A stretch of DNA of 64,000 nucleotides from Negaprion brevirostris. Lineage: Eukaryota. Below the pieces are notes generated by a model. That model saw nothing but the letters and a program-made list of their open reading frames with translations, ran no database searches and was not told the DNA's origin. Numbering within the stretch: position 1 is the stretch's first letter; each line of letters begins with the position of its first letter. The stretch spans positions 96,093,650 through 96,157,649 of the forward strand of contig JARDVH010000193.1 in assembly GCA_030324005.1 (NCBI GenBank), written 5' to 3'. This document shows positions 38,349 through 52,190 of the stretch, piece by piece. The position numbers and the translations under genes are program-made.

Positions 38349-39609
38349 AGTTCCTGGAATAACCAGTTTTATGTCTTTAGAATGAATCCTGCATCATTAG
38401 GCTACTTATTCCATTACCTCCAGACATGGGTGCCTACCAAAAATGGAAATCATTTTTTTCTTTTGAGCACTGAATTAAGTTTCTTCCTTTTTCACAGTAG
38501 AGGACATAAGGAGACACAGATTATATTATTAACTGTTAACATGCTGGCCATATGGAGTTGTTTATTTGGCAAATTAGGTATAAATATTAACTGAACCATG
38601 ACGTTGAGCTTTTTAAAGTTCATTATCGAATATAAATTTAAGGTCATAGATTTTCTGTTGCTATGGGGAAATGGGGAGCATTCTTTGTATAGCCTTACAT
38701 AGGAGGCTTGTATTATGATTGATTACTCAGTTATGGATGGAAGGCTTATACAAACAGCAGACGTGAGGGAGTATAATGTGCTGATTTGTTCCCCTGATTA
38801 TTTTGTCAGGTGAAAATAAACATGAAATTTTCTTTTAATTATGTATTACTGCACAAAATGCCAGTAACTGAAAAATATGCAAAGGAAGATTAGCAAACAT
38901 TAAAGAATTGCCTTCATGGAGACATAATGCAGAACAAGCTTCAAGGGCATATAAACAACAAGTCAGAATATTAATAACATTTATTTTTATGTATTGTGCA
39001 AGATTATAAAAGGCAGAAGTTTAATATAGTTTCCAAATTTGCCTCACATCCTTTTAATGCCAAAATATCGAAGCACTTTAGTGGAGTTAATCTGCCTGGT
39101 GACTCACCCTGCGTGGAATAGGTAGCCTAAAAAAATAGGGTTCCTTTCTGGGAAGGTGATCTGGCTCCTATCATCCAAGAATGGCCACACTGAAAATCTC
39201 TCAGCAGTGTGAAGATAATAACAAATGAATTAAATGATTTTTTTGCACATGACTTGGACTCATTTCCAAATTGTGTTATAGCTTTTCATTATGCATAATG
39301 AACACATTTTAATTATAGTCACACACATTCTGATGTGTGTAAAAATTACCCTCGGAACATTATGCACGTTGCGGATTTGATGAGATCAAAGGTTAATAGA
39401 GTTACTGAACTGTTGGAACTAAACCCTTTTGCTCATTAGTGATCACATGATAGGTTGCCGTGCAAACCAGAGCTCACCCTTCTAGTCAACGTATCACATT
39501 ACATACAGAAGTAAATCGTTATTTTTTAAAGAAGATAAAAACGTGAAAGATAAGAAATTCAGCCAGTTGAAAATCAACAGCAAAACTGATTTAATCTTCT
39601 TGTTTTTAG

Positions 39610-39678
39610 ATGCAGTAATTCCTGAGATGGAAGGTGAACACTGTGGGACTCAACTTGACACAACAGCAGCAGTACAAG
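39610..39678 (+). CDS. DACH2: DACH2-like penultimate coding exon (not in ORF track): (D)AVIPEMEGEHCGTQLDTTAAVQ
   Basis: Strong acceptor tcttcttgtttttAG ends at 39609; donor AAG|GTGGGC at 39679; 69 nt, phase 1 to 1, open frame. Aligns by eye with DACH2 DTGIPDIEIENNGTPHDSAAMQ and DACH1 DSLTPEIEADRSGGRTDAERTIQ. Confidence 0.9.
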
Positions 39679-42315
39679 GTGGGCACAGGCTGTAGTGAAA
39701 GTACATACAAAGTAGTGAAATTCAGGGGCCTTTCTGGGGGCGTAAGAACAGTCAAAAAGAGGATTAGATAATTTTAGCATTGAAAGATATCACAGTTCTG
39801 CTTTGCTGTTTGGAGATTTGAAACAGCGATACAAATCACAAGTAAAGTTTTCACATTTTTCATCTCTAACATGTCCTCCTGGTCATGTATCCCCTTCCAA
39901 CTAAGAAAAGTCATTCTCTTGCACGGACTTCACCCATAGCAGCAAACCGTGCTGATCTCATTGGCCGACAAGAGAGAACATATTATTCAAAAAATACAAG
40001 AGTTGTCCTGCGTTAATTTTCCTCCTTCTTAACACCATGGTTGATCTCAGTAGTCTTTAACACCGTAAAAATCTGTTGAAGTTCACCCTTAGGTAAACAG
40101 GCAGCCTCAAGACTTGAACCAGAAACTGCTGGAAAACAAATGCCGACCACTACTGAGGTGATGGGACAGTGATTCCTCCTAACCGTGTAAACTGCTATTT
40201 TTAGTAGAAGCCATTTCGCTATCTTTATCATTTCAAATGGTCACCAAATCATTTGTACAAAAATATATAGAATGTGTTAACTAAAGAGAACATACAAGTG
40301 ATTCAAAATCCCACCAAATGCAGGTGACGTGCGGCAGCGTTTCACTGTCCAAATCCAAGATTCCGTCTCGGAAATTATTACTTAAACCTTACATTCATGG
40401 AGCAAAAAACATTGATTGAAGGATTTTTACGTTTGCTTGTTTGTACTTTCCCACAGGAAAAATCTATGTGCACATGTTGAACCCAGATTTGTGTCTCATT
40501 ACAAGTGATATGTGATAAACATGCAAGTTTTGATTGTGGGCTGCTTCTTCCTTTCCAAGGCTTCCTTTGTTTGTTTGTTTGTCTTTCCTATATTGTTCTC
40601 AATAACTTTTCCTCCCATAAATTCACTTGTTAAAACTGGAAGGGAAACTCCAGGAGAAGAAACCAACAATTCATCTCTAAATTTCTCAATCTNNNNNNNN
40701 NNNNNNNNNNNNNNNNNNNNNNNNNNNNNNNNNNNNNNNNNNNNNNNNNNNNNNNNNNNNNNNNNNNNNNNNNNNNNNNNNNNNNNNNNNNNCTACTAAT
40801 CCAAACAAAACTGTTCTATTTCTAACCTTGTCAAATTTGGAACATTGAAAGATATTCAGTGAATCTGTCTTAATGGTTTTAGTAACTTTTACATTTTCTG
40901 GTGGACTATGCTGTACAATAATTTGGTGAAATTATTAGATTCTCCTTTAGCAAATCTCGAAATTAAATATTTAATGACATTGCTAAAATAAACTACTTGA
41001 AATGTCACAATAATGGAAATCTTGACTAACCTCTTCGCTGACCCATTGTGTTTATGTAAAAGCTCTCACTGTAGCAGTAAGTCTGGTCTATTGAGAAGTT
41101 TGTGTTTGAATTTTTACTCTTGTTTATTTTCTATTCTGTGATAATATTTGTTGAACTGCAATTGCTCCATAAAGATTCCATGCATAAAATACCACACACA
41201 AGTAAAGAATCTAACCAAATGTCTCTCTCTCTCTTTCTCAATGAGAAAAGAGGCACTGATTTTATTCAGTGAGCAGGATTTTCTAGTTCCCCAAAGTTAA
41301 CAGACTTTTTGCCGGTCTATCAAATTATCCATTCCATTTGCTATGATTCACGTGGGGATAGAAATTTAGGCGAATGTCTTATTCGAGATGGTTCCATTTG
41401 TAAAGAGGGGATTTGGATGGCCAGAACAAGTTGGTTGACATTCAAGTAATGTCTGCCCTGTACAGGGCCAGATAGCCATCAGATAGCTGATGAAACTCAG
41501 TTTTGAAATTGCAGGAAGGAATTATCTGGAGGCCAGGTATATAAACATGCATCACATATCCAGAACTGAGTGCCAACTAGGTTGGACATAACATGACTGC
41601 AAACAACTGAAGCATGATGTGCGTGTGATCAGAGGGATGGTGGCACTTGGTGCACAGGTTTACAGTAAACCATGCTGCCCATTTAGAGCTCTTGGTAACT
41701 GTAGTCATCTAGCAAGGATTGTAACCTGCAGTGGTTAGTTATCTGATCATTGGGCAGGGATGGAGTGACAAGTATAGTTTCTTTTTACTTGCAGGGGTGA
41801 GGAAGAAGGCATACAGGATTAAAAAAATACGTGTAATCAGGCAAAATACTTCAGATTTGTTATTGGCTGTGTGTATTCTTTGTGGAGGGACAATTTGTGG
41901 AACGATATTTTAGGGAACAAAACTCTGTTCATCACGAGATACATTTCTTTTGTTAAAGGTGAAGAGTTTCATGAAAACTTTATTTAAAAAATTATATGTA
42001 AAACAACCAAGAAACAAAAATCAGTTTCCATCTCTTGCTCCTCTATCCTGAGTGGAAGTGGCCAGGGTTGCTATTTCACTCAATTTTAAAATGTTTTATT
42101 GCCAGGCTTTCTTTCAGACATGAAAATACAAAAAAGCCAGAGCTTCAATTTAGCGCTGCATAGTTTGGACTTCAGTAATCCATTTTTACACTAATTTCCA
42201 TGAGAAAAAAATGAACATTTGTGGAAAACTTTGTTAGACCTAGAGAGACATTACAATTTCCATGTGGTGCTTTTCAAAGGTTACTTAAATTAACATCTCA
42301 TTGGCACAATGACAC

Positions 42316-42452
42316 TCCCACTTACCTGACAAAGAGGCAGCGCTCCAAAAGCTAGTGGCTTTTGCTACCAAATAAACCTGTTGGACTTTAACCTGGTGTT
42401 GTGAGATTTCTTACTGTCTTTACCCCAGTCCAATGCCGGTATCTCTATATCA
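42316..42452 (+). mobile_element. Penelope pLTR fragment with decayed hammerhead core
   Basis: cctgacaaagaggcagcgctccaaaagctagtg...aaataaacctgttggactttaacctggtgttgtgaga... Confidence 0.8.
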
Positions 42453-43561
42453 GGATGTGGAAAACCATGATAACAAAAGTCACCAAATAGCACCCCCAGC
42501 AATCAGCCATGAAACTGCAAGAACCCATTTTACTATTTTATACCTTCTTTCAACCTCGGCTTTTTTTTATTAATTTAGTCGTACTGATAAACACGTTTTC
42601 TTCCAAAAATGCCATCAGAGAAATCTACGAGATCACAGGGCTAGTCAATGGGCTAGTAATTGATTAATCAGGCACAATGTGTGATATGAGCTGATTAATT
42701 ATGTAATCATTAGGAGAGAGAATTGAACAATGCAGCAAAAGCAAGGACTCTTCGATCACTGGAATGGAGCTCAACAAGACATTTTTATGGTAGAATTCAC
42801 AAGGCCAACTTAGAATATCCCACAGATGGGTCAAAAACATCAACTTTTAAGGCTTCAGGTTACACAAACAAGAAAAATGTAGAATACAAATGTAATTGTC
42901 TCATTTTATTGTTAGTCACAGCAGCTAACACTCCTTCAGAAGGCCATTTATTGTTTCAAAATGGGAAGGAACTTCATATGAATTGACAGGACCGGAATCA
43001 GTAAACTATGATTTAGTTGAATGAGTGAATTGTACAACATAGAAGCATTTACAAGTATGTTAAACATTGATGGAAAAGTAGGCATTGTTTGTGAGCAAGT
43101 CCTGCTCAGGACACTGGAATCCTTGAACTGCAATAAAACATTTGCACATTCAAACTGTTCCTTTGGCATCCCCATAGCAACATGGTTAGTGACTGTAGTG
43201 GGATATAGAGGGCATCACACTAGCAGAGATGAATTACATATAGGGGCTCTTTCAGGAGTGTGAAATGCCCTTTTGTCACTCATGAACTGAGAAGTTCTCA
43301 GCGGTTAGCCTGCACTTCAAGATCCATTTCAAATACAGCCTAGNNNNNNNNNNAATGACAAAGATTGTTTAGAATAATGTGGGCAAATCTGACCGTTGTA
43401 TGCAAAATTAAGCATCACAGTTTAGATTAAAGTGACGGTATACAATTTATGAGGTATGCAATTCATAGAAATGTTATCCAAAACTTTAGAAAATGAGTGA
43501 GTAACAATCTTTAACACCAGCCGACTCAGTTTTTACCCTCTTTGCAAGATTTTTTTTGAAT

Positions 43562-43601
43562 ATGTATTAAACAAACATTATTGATGTATTAAACAAACAT
43601 T
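43562..43601. repeat. 22 bp tandem duplication
   Basis: atgtattaaacaaacatt occurs twice. Confidence 0.85.
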
Positions 43602-44769
43602 CTGGGGCGTTAGTTACATCTTCATTTGCATCAAGATATCAGAAACCATGATTCTATACGTTAACCGACTAAGGCACTCAAATGACTAGAGAAAATAAGA
43701 AAGGACACATATTAAATAAACTGACCATGTTTTCTTGAAATCCACACACTTGTCTTTTTAAAAATCAGTGCTTCATGATACTTACAGTCCAGACCACTCC
43801 CAGTCCCCTGCCTGAGATTGATGGTCTTCAGTTATGCAAAATGCAACACCTTTCCAAGGTACCTCCAGTATGCCCTTGTACTTAGCTGAGTGCATTCCGA
43901 ATGTGCTAGTATGACTTATCCTGTATTTTCAGTCCTTGTCATCTCTCAGAAGGAGGTCGGCAAATCGGTGATTTCTGACGCTAATAGTAAAAGGCCATTT
44001 TGAGAACCCACGCAGAATTGATTTCAGTAAGTGTTTAGTTTTGGGTGAAATCAAGAAACTATTTTTGCAAGGATATGTTGCTTTTAGAGTTACCTCATTA
44101 GAAATCCTTTTTTTGTGTGTGTTTTTGCACCCACAAACACATTCCTATATTTATAGGCACTTTCATAGATAATTACAGAATGCTTAATGGATGTCTAGAA
44201 GTGAGCCTCAGACAAGTTTGTAGATGGATGGAATGAAGGCTTGTGACAAACTGTCTCATGCACATCAAACTGAAACTTGCACACTGAATGCACACAAAAC
44301 ATTTCTACATATTATTATTATTGTTGGGAAAAGGTGATGAGCATTGAAGAGCCAGTGATCAGACAGCTACAGGTCCACTATTAATCATACTGGACAGGGG
44401 GAGGTTACAAAGGCCATGACTGCCCTTGTGATTGCTTTAAATGCATTTCCCTGCCTACTGGGCTTATCCTGGGGGTAACGAACAAAGATTTCTCCTCCTC
44501 CTCGCAACATGCTAATTAATATAATGCTCACTGGTTTTGGTAAATGGGTACATTTTGCTCTGTCTTTCACTACTCTGTGGATAAGTGCACCCTTTGGATA
44601 CAAAATCATTGGAGCAAGTGATTTTTGGACTCAGCCCAAGGCTGGAAGTATAGTTGCCTGTCTGAGCCTCTATCCTGGAGGCCACTCATCTGCAGTCCCC
44701 TCCTGAATGTCAACATACAGGATAAGAAGCGGGAGGAAAAGGTGAAGATTATGTTAGATGGAGGCCAAA

Positions 44770-46990
44770 TACTGCAAAAAGCCTAGTTGATTTGAAAGTG
44801 TAAGGGTGAAATTTAAAACAGGAATTAGGAAAGCAAAGTGATGCATGAAAAAAAAATCAGCATGTAATGAAAGATAATACAAAGATGCTTTATAAATATG
44901 TAAAGAGCAAGAGATTAACCAAGGATAGAATAAAGCTGATTAGAGACCACAAATGTGGAGAGGTTGAAAATACGGGCATGTTATTAACGGATACTTTGCG
45001 TCTGTCTGCAGAGGGCAATAATACAGACCTTGTGGATGGAGAGGACTGAAATATTGGATAAGATTAATATGTTGAGAGTGGAAATAGCAAGGTGTTTAAA
45101 ATCTTTGAAAGATGATAAATTGCCAGGCCGGGCTCAAATATACCACAGATTGTGACAACTTTTGTTTCTGAAGCAGTACAATAAGGAAAATTTGTAATTT
45201 TTTTTCATGTCTGTAGAATCTGTAATTGTTTTTAAGAATGTTTGTAAAATAATTTTTAAAATTTGCATCAATCGTAAAGGGATCATACTTGTTTTGGATA
45301 ATAAGCAATGTGATCTGGCAACCCTTGACCTGGAAACAACGCAAACAAGAAGGAAGTTAAGACCAAAAGCCATGTGCCTGGCAGACACAGAGGAGAACAG
45401 GTGGGTGAAGGCAATCAGCACACAGAAGGAGATTCTCCAGAAAGCAAACAAGACAGGAAAGGGGAGCATGCTAAATTATTATGAGAAGAAACAAATCTCT
45501 CTCAGGAAGAGGTCCATTTTTCTGTTTGGCAATAAAGGAGACAGAAGCTCTTGGAGGCAATGTGTGAGCTGGATAAAAAGGCTTAAGACCTTGAAGACTT
45601 TGTGAATAGATTGGGAGGTACCAAAGAGCTGAGCATTTTGTGGCAGAGACCAATCATGAACTGGGGTGTTATTGTTTATTCGGTTGAAAAGGCACTCCTC
45701 AAAACTGCAGTATTAGGATTGTTATGACCCAAGGGAGAGGATTCATAGAAACATGCCTTGCTGATGACAATCATACCCATGAAATTCTGAGGTTACTGGA
45801 TAGGATTCCTGACCAACTCTGCTGCTACACAATGCCGCATTTGTGCCGGGAGTGATGTGAATGCTCATATACAAGATGCANNNTGTATGACAATTTAAAG
45901 TTACGTTTACCAGTGCATTTGAATTATTTTCTGGTTAATTCCTGTTTAACATGAATCAGAATGTACTTAATTTAAAGTCAAAGATCCAAAAGGTTGATCA
46001 TTTCTTCTTTGGTGGTGCTTTGTGAAATACGGTTATTTTCGGTATCTAGCTCCCCCATGGAGATCAGCACAAGACTTCTCAGAGAAGTAAGCGAAGAAAT
46101 AATGGAGAGTCTGACTCCAATTTTCCAATGTTTGCTGGTTACAGACTTGGTGTTGGAGGACTGGTAGATTGCTAAGATTGGACCATTGTTTAAAAGGGGA
46201 GAAAGAAATAGACCAAGTAATTATAGGCCAGTCAGCCTAACCTTGGCATTGGGCATTTTATTGAAAAAAAATCCAAGGAATAATATAAATCATCAGTTAG
46301 AAAGACTGAACATTCAAAAATGGATGTGTCCCTTAAAAGTTGTTTCTGATGAAGGCGATTGAACTATTCTGAGGAGGTGACAAGGGGCTGAAGGTGATAG
46401 TGCATATGATGTTCTCTAGATGGATTTTTTGAAGGCTTCTAACCACGTCCCTCATGGCAGTCTGGTTAAAAGAATAAAAGCCCACGGGGTCCAAGGAAAG
46501 TGGCAAGTTAAGATCCAGAGTTGGTTCTGTGGCAGGGAGCAACCCACGGGCCATGGTCACTGGGTGTTGTGTGTGACTGGAAGGCTGCTTCCAGTGACAT
46601 CCTGCAGTGGTTCGTATTCGGGAGGTATCAAAAAGGACGGCTCAGATGAAATTCAACCCAGAGAATTGAGAGATAATGCATTTGGGAAGATAAAATAACA
46701 CAAGGTAATGCATAATAAATTTGAGTAGTGTAGGGCAACAGGGATCTGGTGATCATGTCCACAGATCCTGAAAGATATTAGAGCAGGTAAATAAGGTATA
46801 CCTTAGACAGAGAAGGTAGAAATCTACTGTATGGATAGATATACAAGGTTACTTTCTTGAGGTGTAAAGGAAAGGAGCCAGGAGATTCTGCTCAAACTGT
46901 CTAAAACTAGTTGCAGCAACTAATTAACTACAATAAAGTGCAGGTCACCACAGAAAGGATGACATTACACTGGAGAATTGACAGAGGAAA
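44770..46990 (+). mobile_element. Decayed CR1 LINE ORF2 interrupted by an insertion at 45151-46071
   Basis: LYKYVKSKR.TKDRI on the left; NYRPVSLT, MDFLKA..HVPH..LV.RIKAHGVQG on the right. The frame rejoins once the insert is removed. Confidence 0.85.
45151..46071. mobile_element. Solo LTR (about 920 bp)
   Basis: TG...CA termini; 4 bp TSD AGAT (45147-45150) / AGAC (46072-46075); interrupts the CR1 coding frame precisely. Confidence 0.7.
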
Positions 46991-47749
46991 TTTGACGGAT
47001 GATGCCAGAAGAGGCACGGGAAACCCCCCAGTCGTTCCCAGGCAAGGATTGCATGGGGAATTGCTCTGGAAGTTTAAACTTCTGACAAGAATTGCCCTGC
47101 ACCTGGAACCATCCAAAATGTGATTCTCCCTTAGCAGAATAGTAAATTAGAAGGATTACAATTACTTCTAACACCTGGGTAACTATAATACTGCACTCCA
47201 CCCTTCCCTCTAATACTCCCCTCCCCACCCCAACTACCCTCCTGACACCTCTCACCCCTTGCCCCCCTTAACTAACTATGCCACTGCCTCCCCACCCATT
47301 TACTTAATATATTTATTTGCTGTCCTGTCAAAGTGGCTGGCATTGGCTTACAGCAGCTAGTTCTGTAAAAAGAGAGGTGGTTTCACATCCCTCGATGAGT
47401 CTGTACTGTACTGGAAGGACTCCAGAACTGTTGCCACCAGGCATGGGTTAGATGTCTGGGTGAGAAAAGTGCAGCGCCACATCCAGCGAAGTAAAAAGGA
47501 GCAGAGTGTCAATTTGACAGTGACTGCCACTCCACAGAGGTTCTGAGCCAATGATTCAGAAATATCCCATAAAACAGAGGCACCGACCAATACAATAGGG
47601 AAGCTGGCAGTACAACTCATCCTGATCCAGAACAATTCACAGTATTTTCNNNNNNNNNNNNNNNNNNNNNNNNNNNNNNNNNNNNNNNNNNNNNNNNNNN
47701 NNNNNNNNNNNNNNNNNNNNNNNNNNNNNNNNNNNNNNNNNNNNNNNNN

Positions 47750-48495
47750 AAAGACGGGACAGAGTACAGAAATGAGATAGAGAATCTGGTGAACTGGTGC
47801 GATGACAATAATCTCTCCCTCAAAGTCAACAAAACGAAAGAGATTGTCATTGACTTCAGGAAGCGTAGTAGACAATATGCCCCTGTCCACACCAATGGGG
47901 ACGAAGAGGAAATGGTTGAGAGCTTCAAGTTTTTAAGTGTCCAGGTCACCAACGTGGTCCCCTCCACGCAGACACTATGGTTACAAAAGCCCACCAATGC
48001 CTCTACTTTCTCAGAAGACTAAGGAAATCTGGCATGTCTGCTACGACTCTCACCAACTTTTACAGATGTGCACAGAAAGTATCTTTTCTGGTTGTATCAG
48101 AGTTTAGTATTGTTCCTGCTCTGCCCATGATCGCAATAAACTACAAAATTAACTCTGTCTACACCTCCCGCTGCCTTGAAAAAGCAGCCAGCATAATTCA
48201 GGACCATACGCACCTCAGACATACTCTCTTCCACTTTCATCCATTGGGAAAAAGGTACAAAAGTATGAGGTCACGTACCAACCGACTCAGGAACAGCTTC
48301 TTTCTTGCTCCAATTAGACTTTTGAATTGACCTACCTCTAAATACACTAAGCTGATCTTTCTCTATATCCTAGCAATGACTGTAATACGACATTCTGCAC
48401 TCTCTCCTTTCCTTCTCTATGAAAAGTATGCTTTGTATAGCATTGCAAGAAACAATACATTTTACTGTATACCAATACATGTGACAATAATAAAT
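47750..48495 (+). mobile_element. Rex1/Babar-clade LINE 3' portion (5' end in gap)
   Basis: EYRNEIENLVNWCDDNNLSLKVNKTKEIVIDFRK; KAHQCLYFLRRLRK; RTNRLRNSFF..PIRLLN; tail gtgacaataataaat. Confidence 0.88.
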
Positions 48496-50770
48496 GCAAT
48501 TAATTAATAATCAGATAAGGGGGGCTAGGGTAAAAATTCCACAGGGCTCTTCCGGTCTCCTGCTGTAACTTCTGGAGGAGATTGGCGTCATTCCCCTACG
48601 CTTTCTGAAGCTCACCCATTGAGGTAGCAGTGGTGGATCAGAATTTCTGAGAGAGCAGATGGTCATTATTTTAAACTATGTGGGCAACAAACAGTGGCCA
48701 GTGTTCATTAACATGGATGGCATTCAAGCATTTCCCATTGGTCTGATTATTCGACAGCTGTAGTTGGAATTCTTCGCCAGGGATAAATGCAGCCAGCTTT
48801 TGGCATGTCCTGGTTCAACTCTTTCAACTGTATTTCCAGGTTATAATGGCATAACTTGAAATTTGTGGAGCCATTATACAAGAATTTGATCACTTTTGTT
48901 ATCTTGCTTTTTGGAAAAAGTTTAAGTTCTGTTTATCTGCTGGTTTACTTTGCTATTACAGCAACTCAGTCACACCTCCAACCTGACCATTTATATGACA
49001 GGCAAAGCAAAATGCCAAGGCAATCTGGACTCTGGGCATAACTTCCATGCAAGAATCCAGCATACGAGAATACATTACTACTTCAGTTTAATGCATGACT
49101 TAAATTCTCAATCCCGGTTTAGGGACTGCTGGTTTACCTATACAGGTAGAATGATAAAAGTTGGGGAGAGATTCCGAACTGCAATGGAGACAGGCAGTAG
49201 TCTGAAAATTACAAATCCACACTGTCGTTCTTCACACGTGACTATCAATTTAAACGAGTTGTAGCTAGTTAAAATAGCATGGAGAAATTGGATACAAGTG
49301 TATCAAACACTCAAAAGATAACATTGCCTTCAGTCGTTTTTAAACCTGCTATTAATGTAAACTAGTGTTTCTGCTGTAGCAGCTTGTAACACATAACCAC
49401 AAATTAAAACAAATAGATTATACCTACTTTAAATAGGCCACAAAATATTTGGAACTTGTAATTACTCAAAATTGGACACCTTAAAACAGTTTCTATTTAT
49501 GCACACTTTCCAAAATTAAAGGACTTTGTGTCTAAGACTTGGGGGATAATATTTGGAGTTTGACTAAATATTTTCAGAACTGAGAAAGTCGATTACATTT
49601 TCCATGGGATTTATTAATTCCCAAAATCAAGCTTAAATGCTTATGTTATATTATTTGTAAAAGAACTAGGAACTATATATTACGTGAATTTATATCCTGG
49701 CGCCACATTTGCTGCTGCACTGTAGTCATATGCCAAGTAACAATGAATCAGCCCACCAGCCACGTGGACAACTGAAAGAAATACATTCGATGAAACATCA
49801 GCATTTTGGATTACTTCTAGTTTATGGGAACCAGAAGACATAATACCTTGAATGGCTAAACTGAAACCTTTTTGTAGTGAAATCTTGAACTAGATGATGA
49901 ATTATTGTGGTCTCCAAGAATTCAACTGTGTCAGGGCTGTTATGTAGAACATCGCTGACCATCACTTTAAAGTCAATTAAATTGAAGTTGTAGCAAATTC
50001 AAGAGATTAAAAGAATTACATTAAAATATTGACGAATGCAAAGGAGATGGCGTGTTCTCAGGTTTTACAGAATACAAATTAACCTGAACCTCTGTAAAAG
50101 ACTGCTCAAGATATGCTGCACCCATATTAACACATATGCAATATAGTCTTACTAGCCAAAGCGGTACAGATTTGTAGCAAGACCACCTTGAAGAAATGGT
50201 CTTGAAATACCAGAATCACAGCCAATGTGAAGTCTACAGTAACATTCAAAACCTGTGTTTAAAACTGCTTCTGGCCAGCTAATGTGCTGCAATTAATTTT
50301 TCAGCAATTTTTTAAAAAATGTGGACTTTTCAATCAGCTTTCCTCAATTATTAAAAGATCCCAATGGCTGTTGGAGACCTGTATCCTGTACTCCTGCCCA
50401 CAGTGCCCGTGCTAGTTCCATAATTTTTTTATATGTTCTTCACACCCAAAAATCCTGTTCAATTTATTAACTCCATAGATAAAAAGGCTAGTGGTATAAA
50501 GGTTAATATCATCTGGGAGGCATTTTGTTCAAATCTCAATATGGGACTGTGCCAAATAAAGGATGGTCTCTGGAGATTATAACAGTACCTGATATAGCTT
50601 TTATGAGAGAGGAAATATCAAGGTTTAGGTTTATGGAGATGGATAGTCAGAAAAATGTGATCAATATTCCAGTTGCATTTCAGTGCATTTTGATTTCAGT
50701 TCCACGTAACATATGAACATGGAGTTGCACATTTAATAATACAAGATATAATTCATATAGCTGATATGTA

Positions 50771-50890
50771 GGGTGGGATTTTCTGGTTGTGCTCGCCCCA
50801 TAACCAGGAAATCCTGCTTGAGGTCAGTGGACCTTTGCATGGTTCATGTTCCACCTGCTACGATCCCCGTGGCAGACGAAAAAAGTCTAC
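50771..50890. mobile_element. ~125 bp MITE (copy 3)
   Basis: gggtgggattttc...gaggtcagtggacctttgcatgg; right end decayed. Confidence 0.7.
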
Positions 50891-51646
50891 ATTGTGACAA
50901 GCAACCAAAGCACACATTGTTCTGGAATGACAGCATATGTTATGTGATTTTATGCACAGTGTAATTATTACATCAATGAACAGGACGGTTAAACAATTAT
51001 AAATCCAACGGTGCTGGACATATTAAAAATGTGCCCACTATATCAAGGACAATACTTTCACAATTGTACAAAATATGCAAAAGTATGAATAGTTTAAAAC
51101 CAATCATGGATCTCTGAACTTCTCTACCGCAAAGAGCAGTGGAGGCTGGGTTATATGTTAAAGTTGAGTTAGACAAATTTTTGATCTGCAAGAGGTTTTA
51201 GGGGAGACAGGAAAGGGAGATGAAGCCACAGTCATTTTGAATGATGGAGCAAGCTCCGATGTTGGGAGGTTATTGTGACTGGTCTTCTGCTACTCTGATT
51301 TCTTATGTTCAAAGTTAAAATTGGGAAGTAAGCATTAAAAGCTCATTTGGGGGCAAGGAGTTAAGGAAAGGAAAGTATTGATAAAAACAATGGAAAGGAG
51401 AAAAAATTTGAGATGCAATAAAAGCTAGAAACTATTTCTCATCTCTACCCATTATCAGAATGGTGACGAGAGAGAAAAGAAGAGAAAGCGGGAAACATAC
51501 TTAACTCTGTGGCTTTGTACAAACATCTTTACATAACCATGGCCTGGATAATTCAAGAAATGGAGACTCTCAGGAAAGAAAAGGGTCAGGATGTGGTAAA
51601 ATTTTCAATCTAAAGTTGGAGCTCTTTCAGATTACATGGGAGAATA

Positions 51647-52190
51647 CACAGTGGTTAGCACTGCTGCCTCACGGCAGTGGGTTCCTCCAGGTGCTCCAGT
51701 TTCCTCCCACAGTCCGAAAGACATGCTGGTTAGGTGCATGCTGAATTCATAGAATCATAGAGTGCAGAAAAGGCCATCTGGCTCATCGAATCTGCACTGA
51801 CCATAATCCCACCCAGGCCCTATCCCCATATACGTACATATTTATCCACTAATCCCACTAATGTACGCATCTTAAGACACTTAAGGGGCAATTTTAGCTT
51901 GGCCAATCAATCAATCAATCTAACCCGCATATCTTTGGACTGTGGAAGGAAACCAGAGTACCCAGACATGAGGAGAATGTGCAAACTCCACACAGACAGT
52001 GACCCAGGCTGGGAATCGAACTCAGGTCCCTGGAGCTGTGAAGCAGCAGTGCTGATCACTGTGCTACCATGCTGACCCTCAAAGTACCTGATCAGGTGCC
52101 AAAGTGTGGCAACTAGGGGATTTTCACACAGTAACTTCATTGCAGTGTTAATGTAAGCCTACTTATGACATTAATAAATAAACTTTACTT
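51647..52190 (+). mobile_element. HE1-type SINE (alternative tail) split by a nested SINE
   Basis: Head and V-domain at 51647-51747; tail at 52079-52190. Confidence 0.85.
51748..52078 (-). mobile_element. HE1-type SINE (CR1-like tail) nested in opposite orientation
   Basis: Complete head-to-tail copy on the - strand, ending in ctatgattctatg. Confidence 0.9.

Noticed and set aside
9686-43601. Short tandem duplications (9686, 29142, 43562) as a possible array or CRISPR-like structure
   Set aside because: Unrelated two-unit slippage duplications without spacers, in a vertebrate intron.
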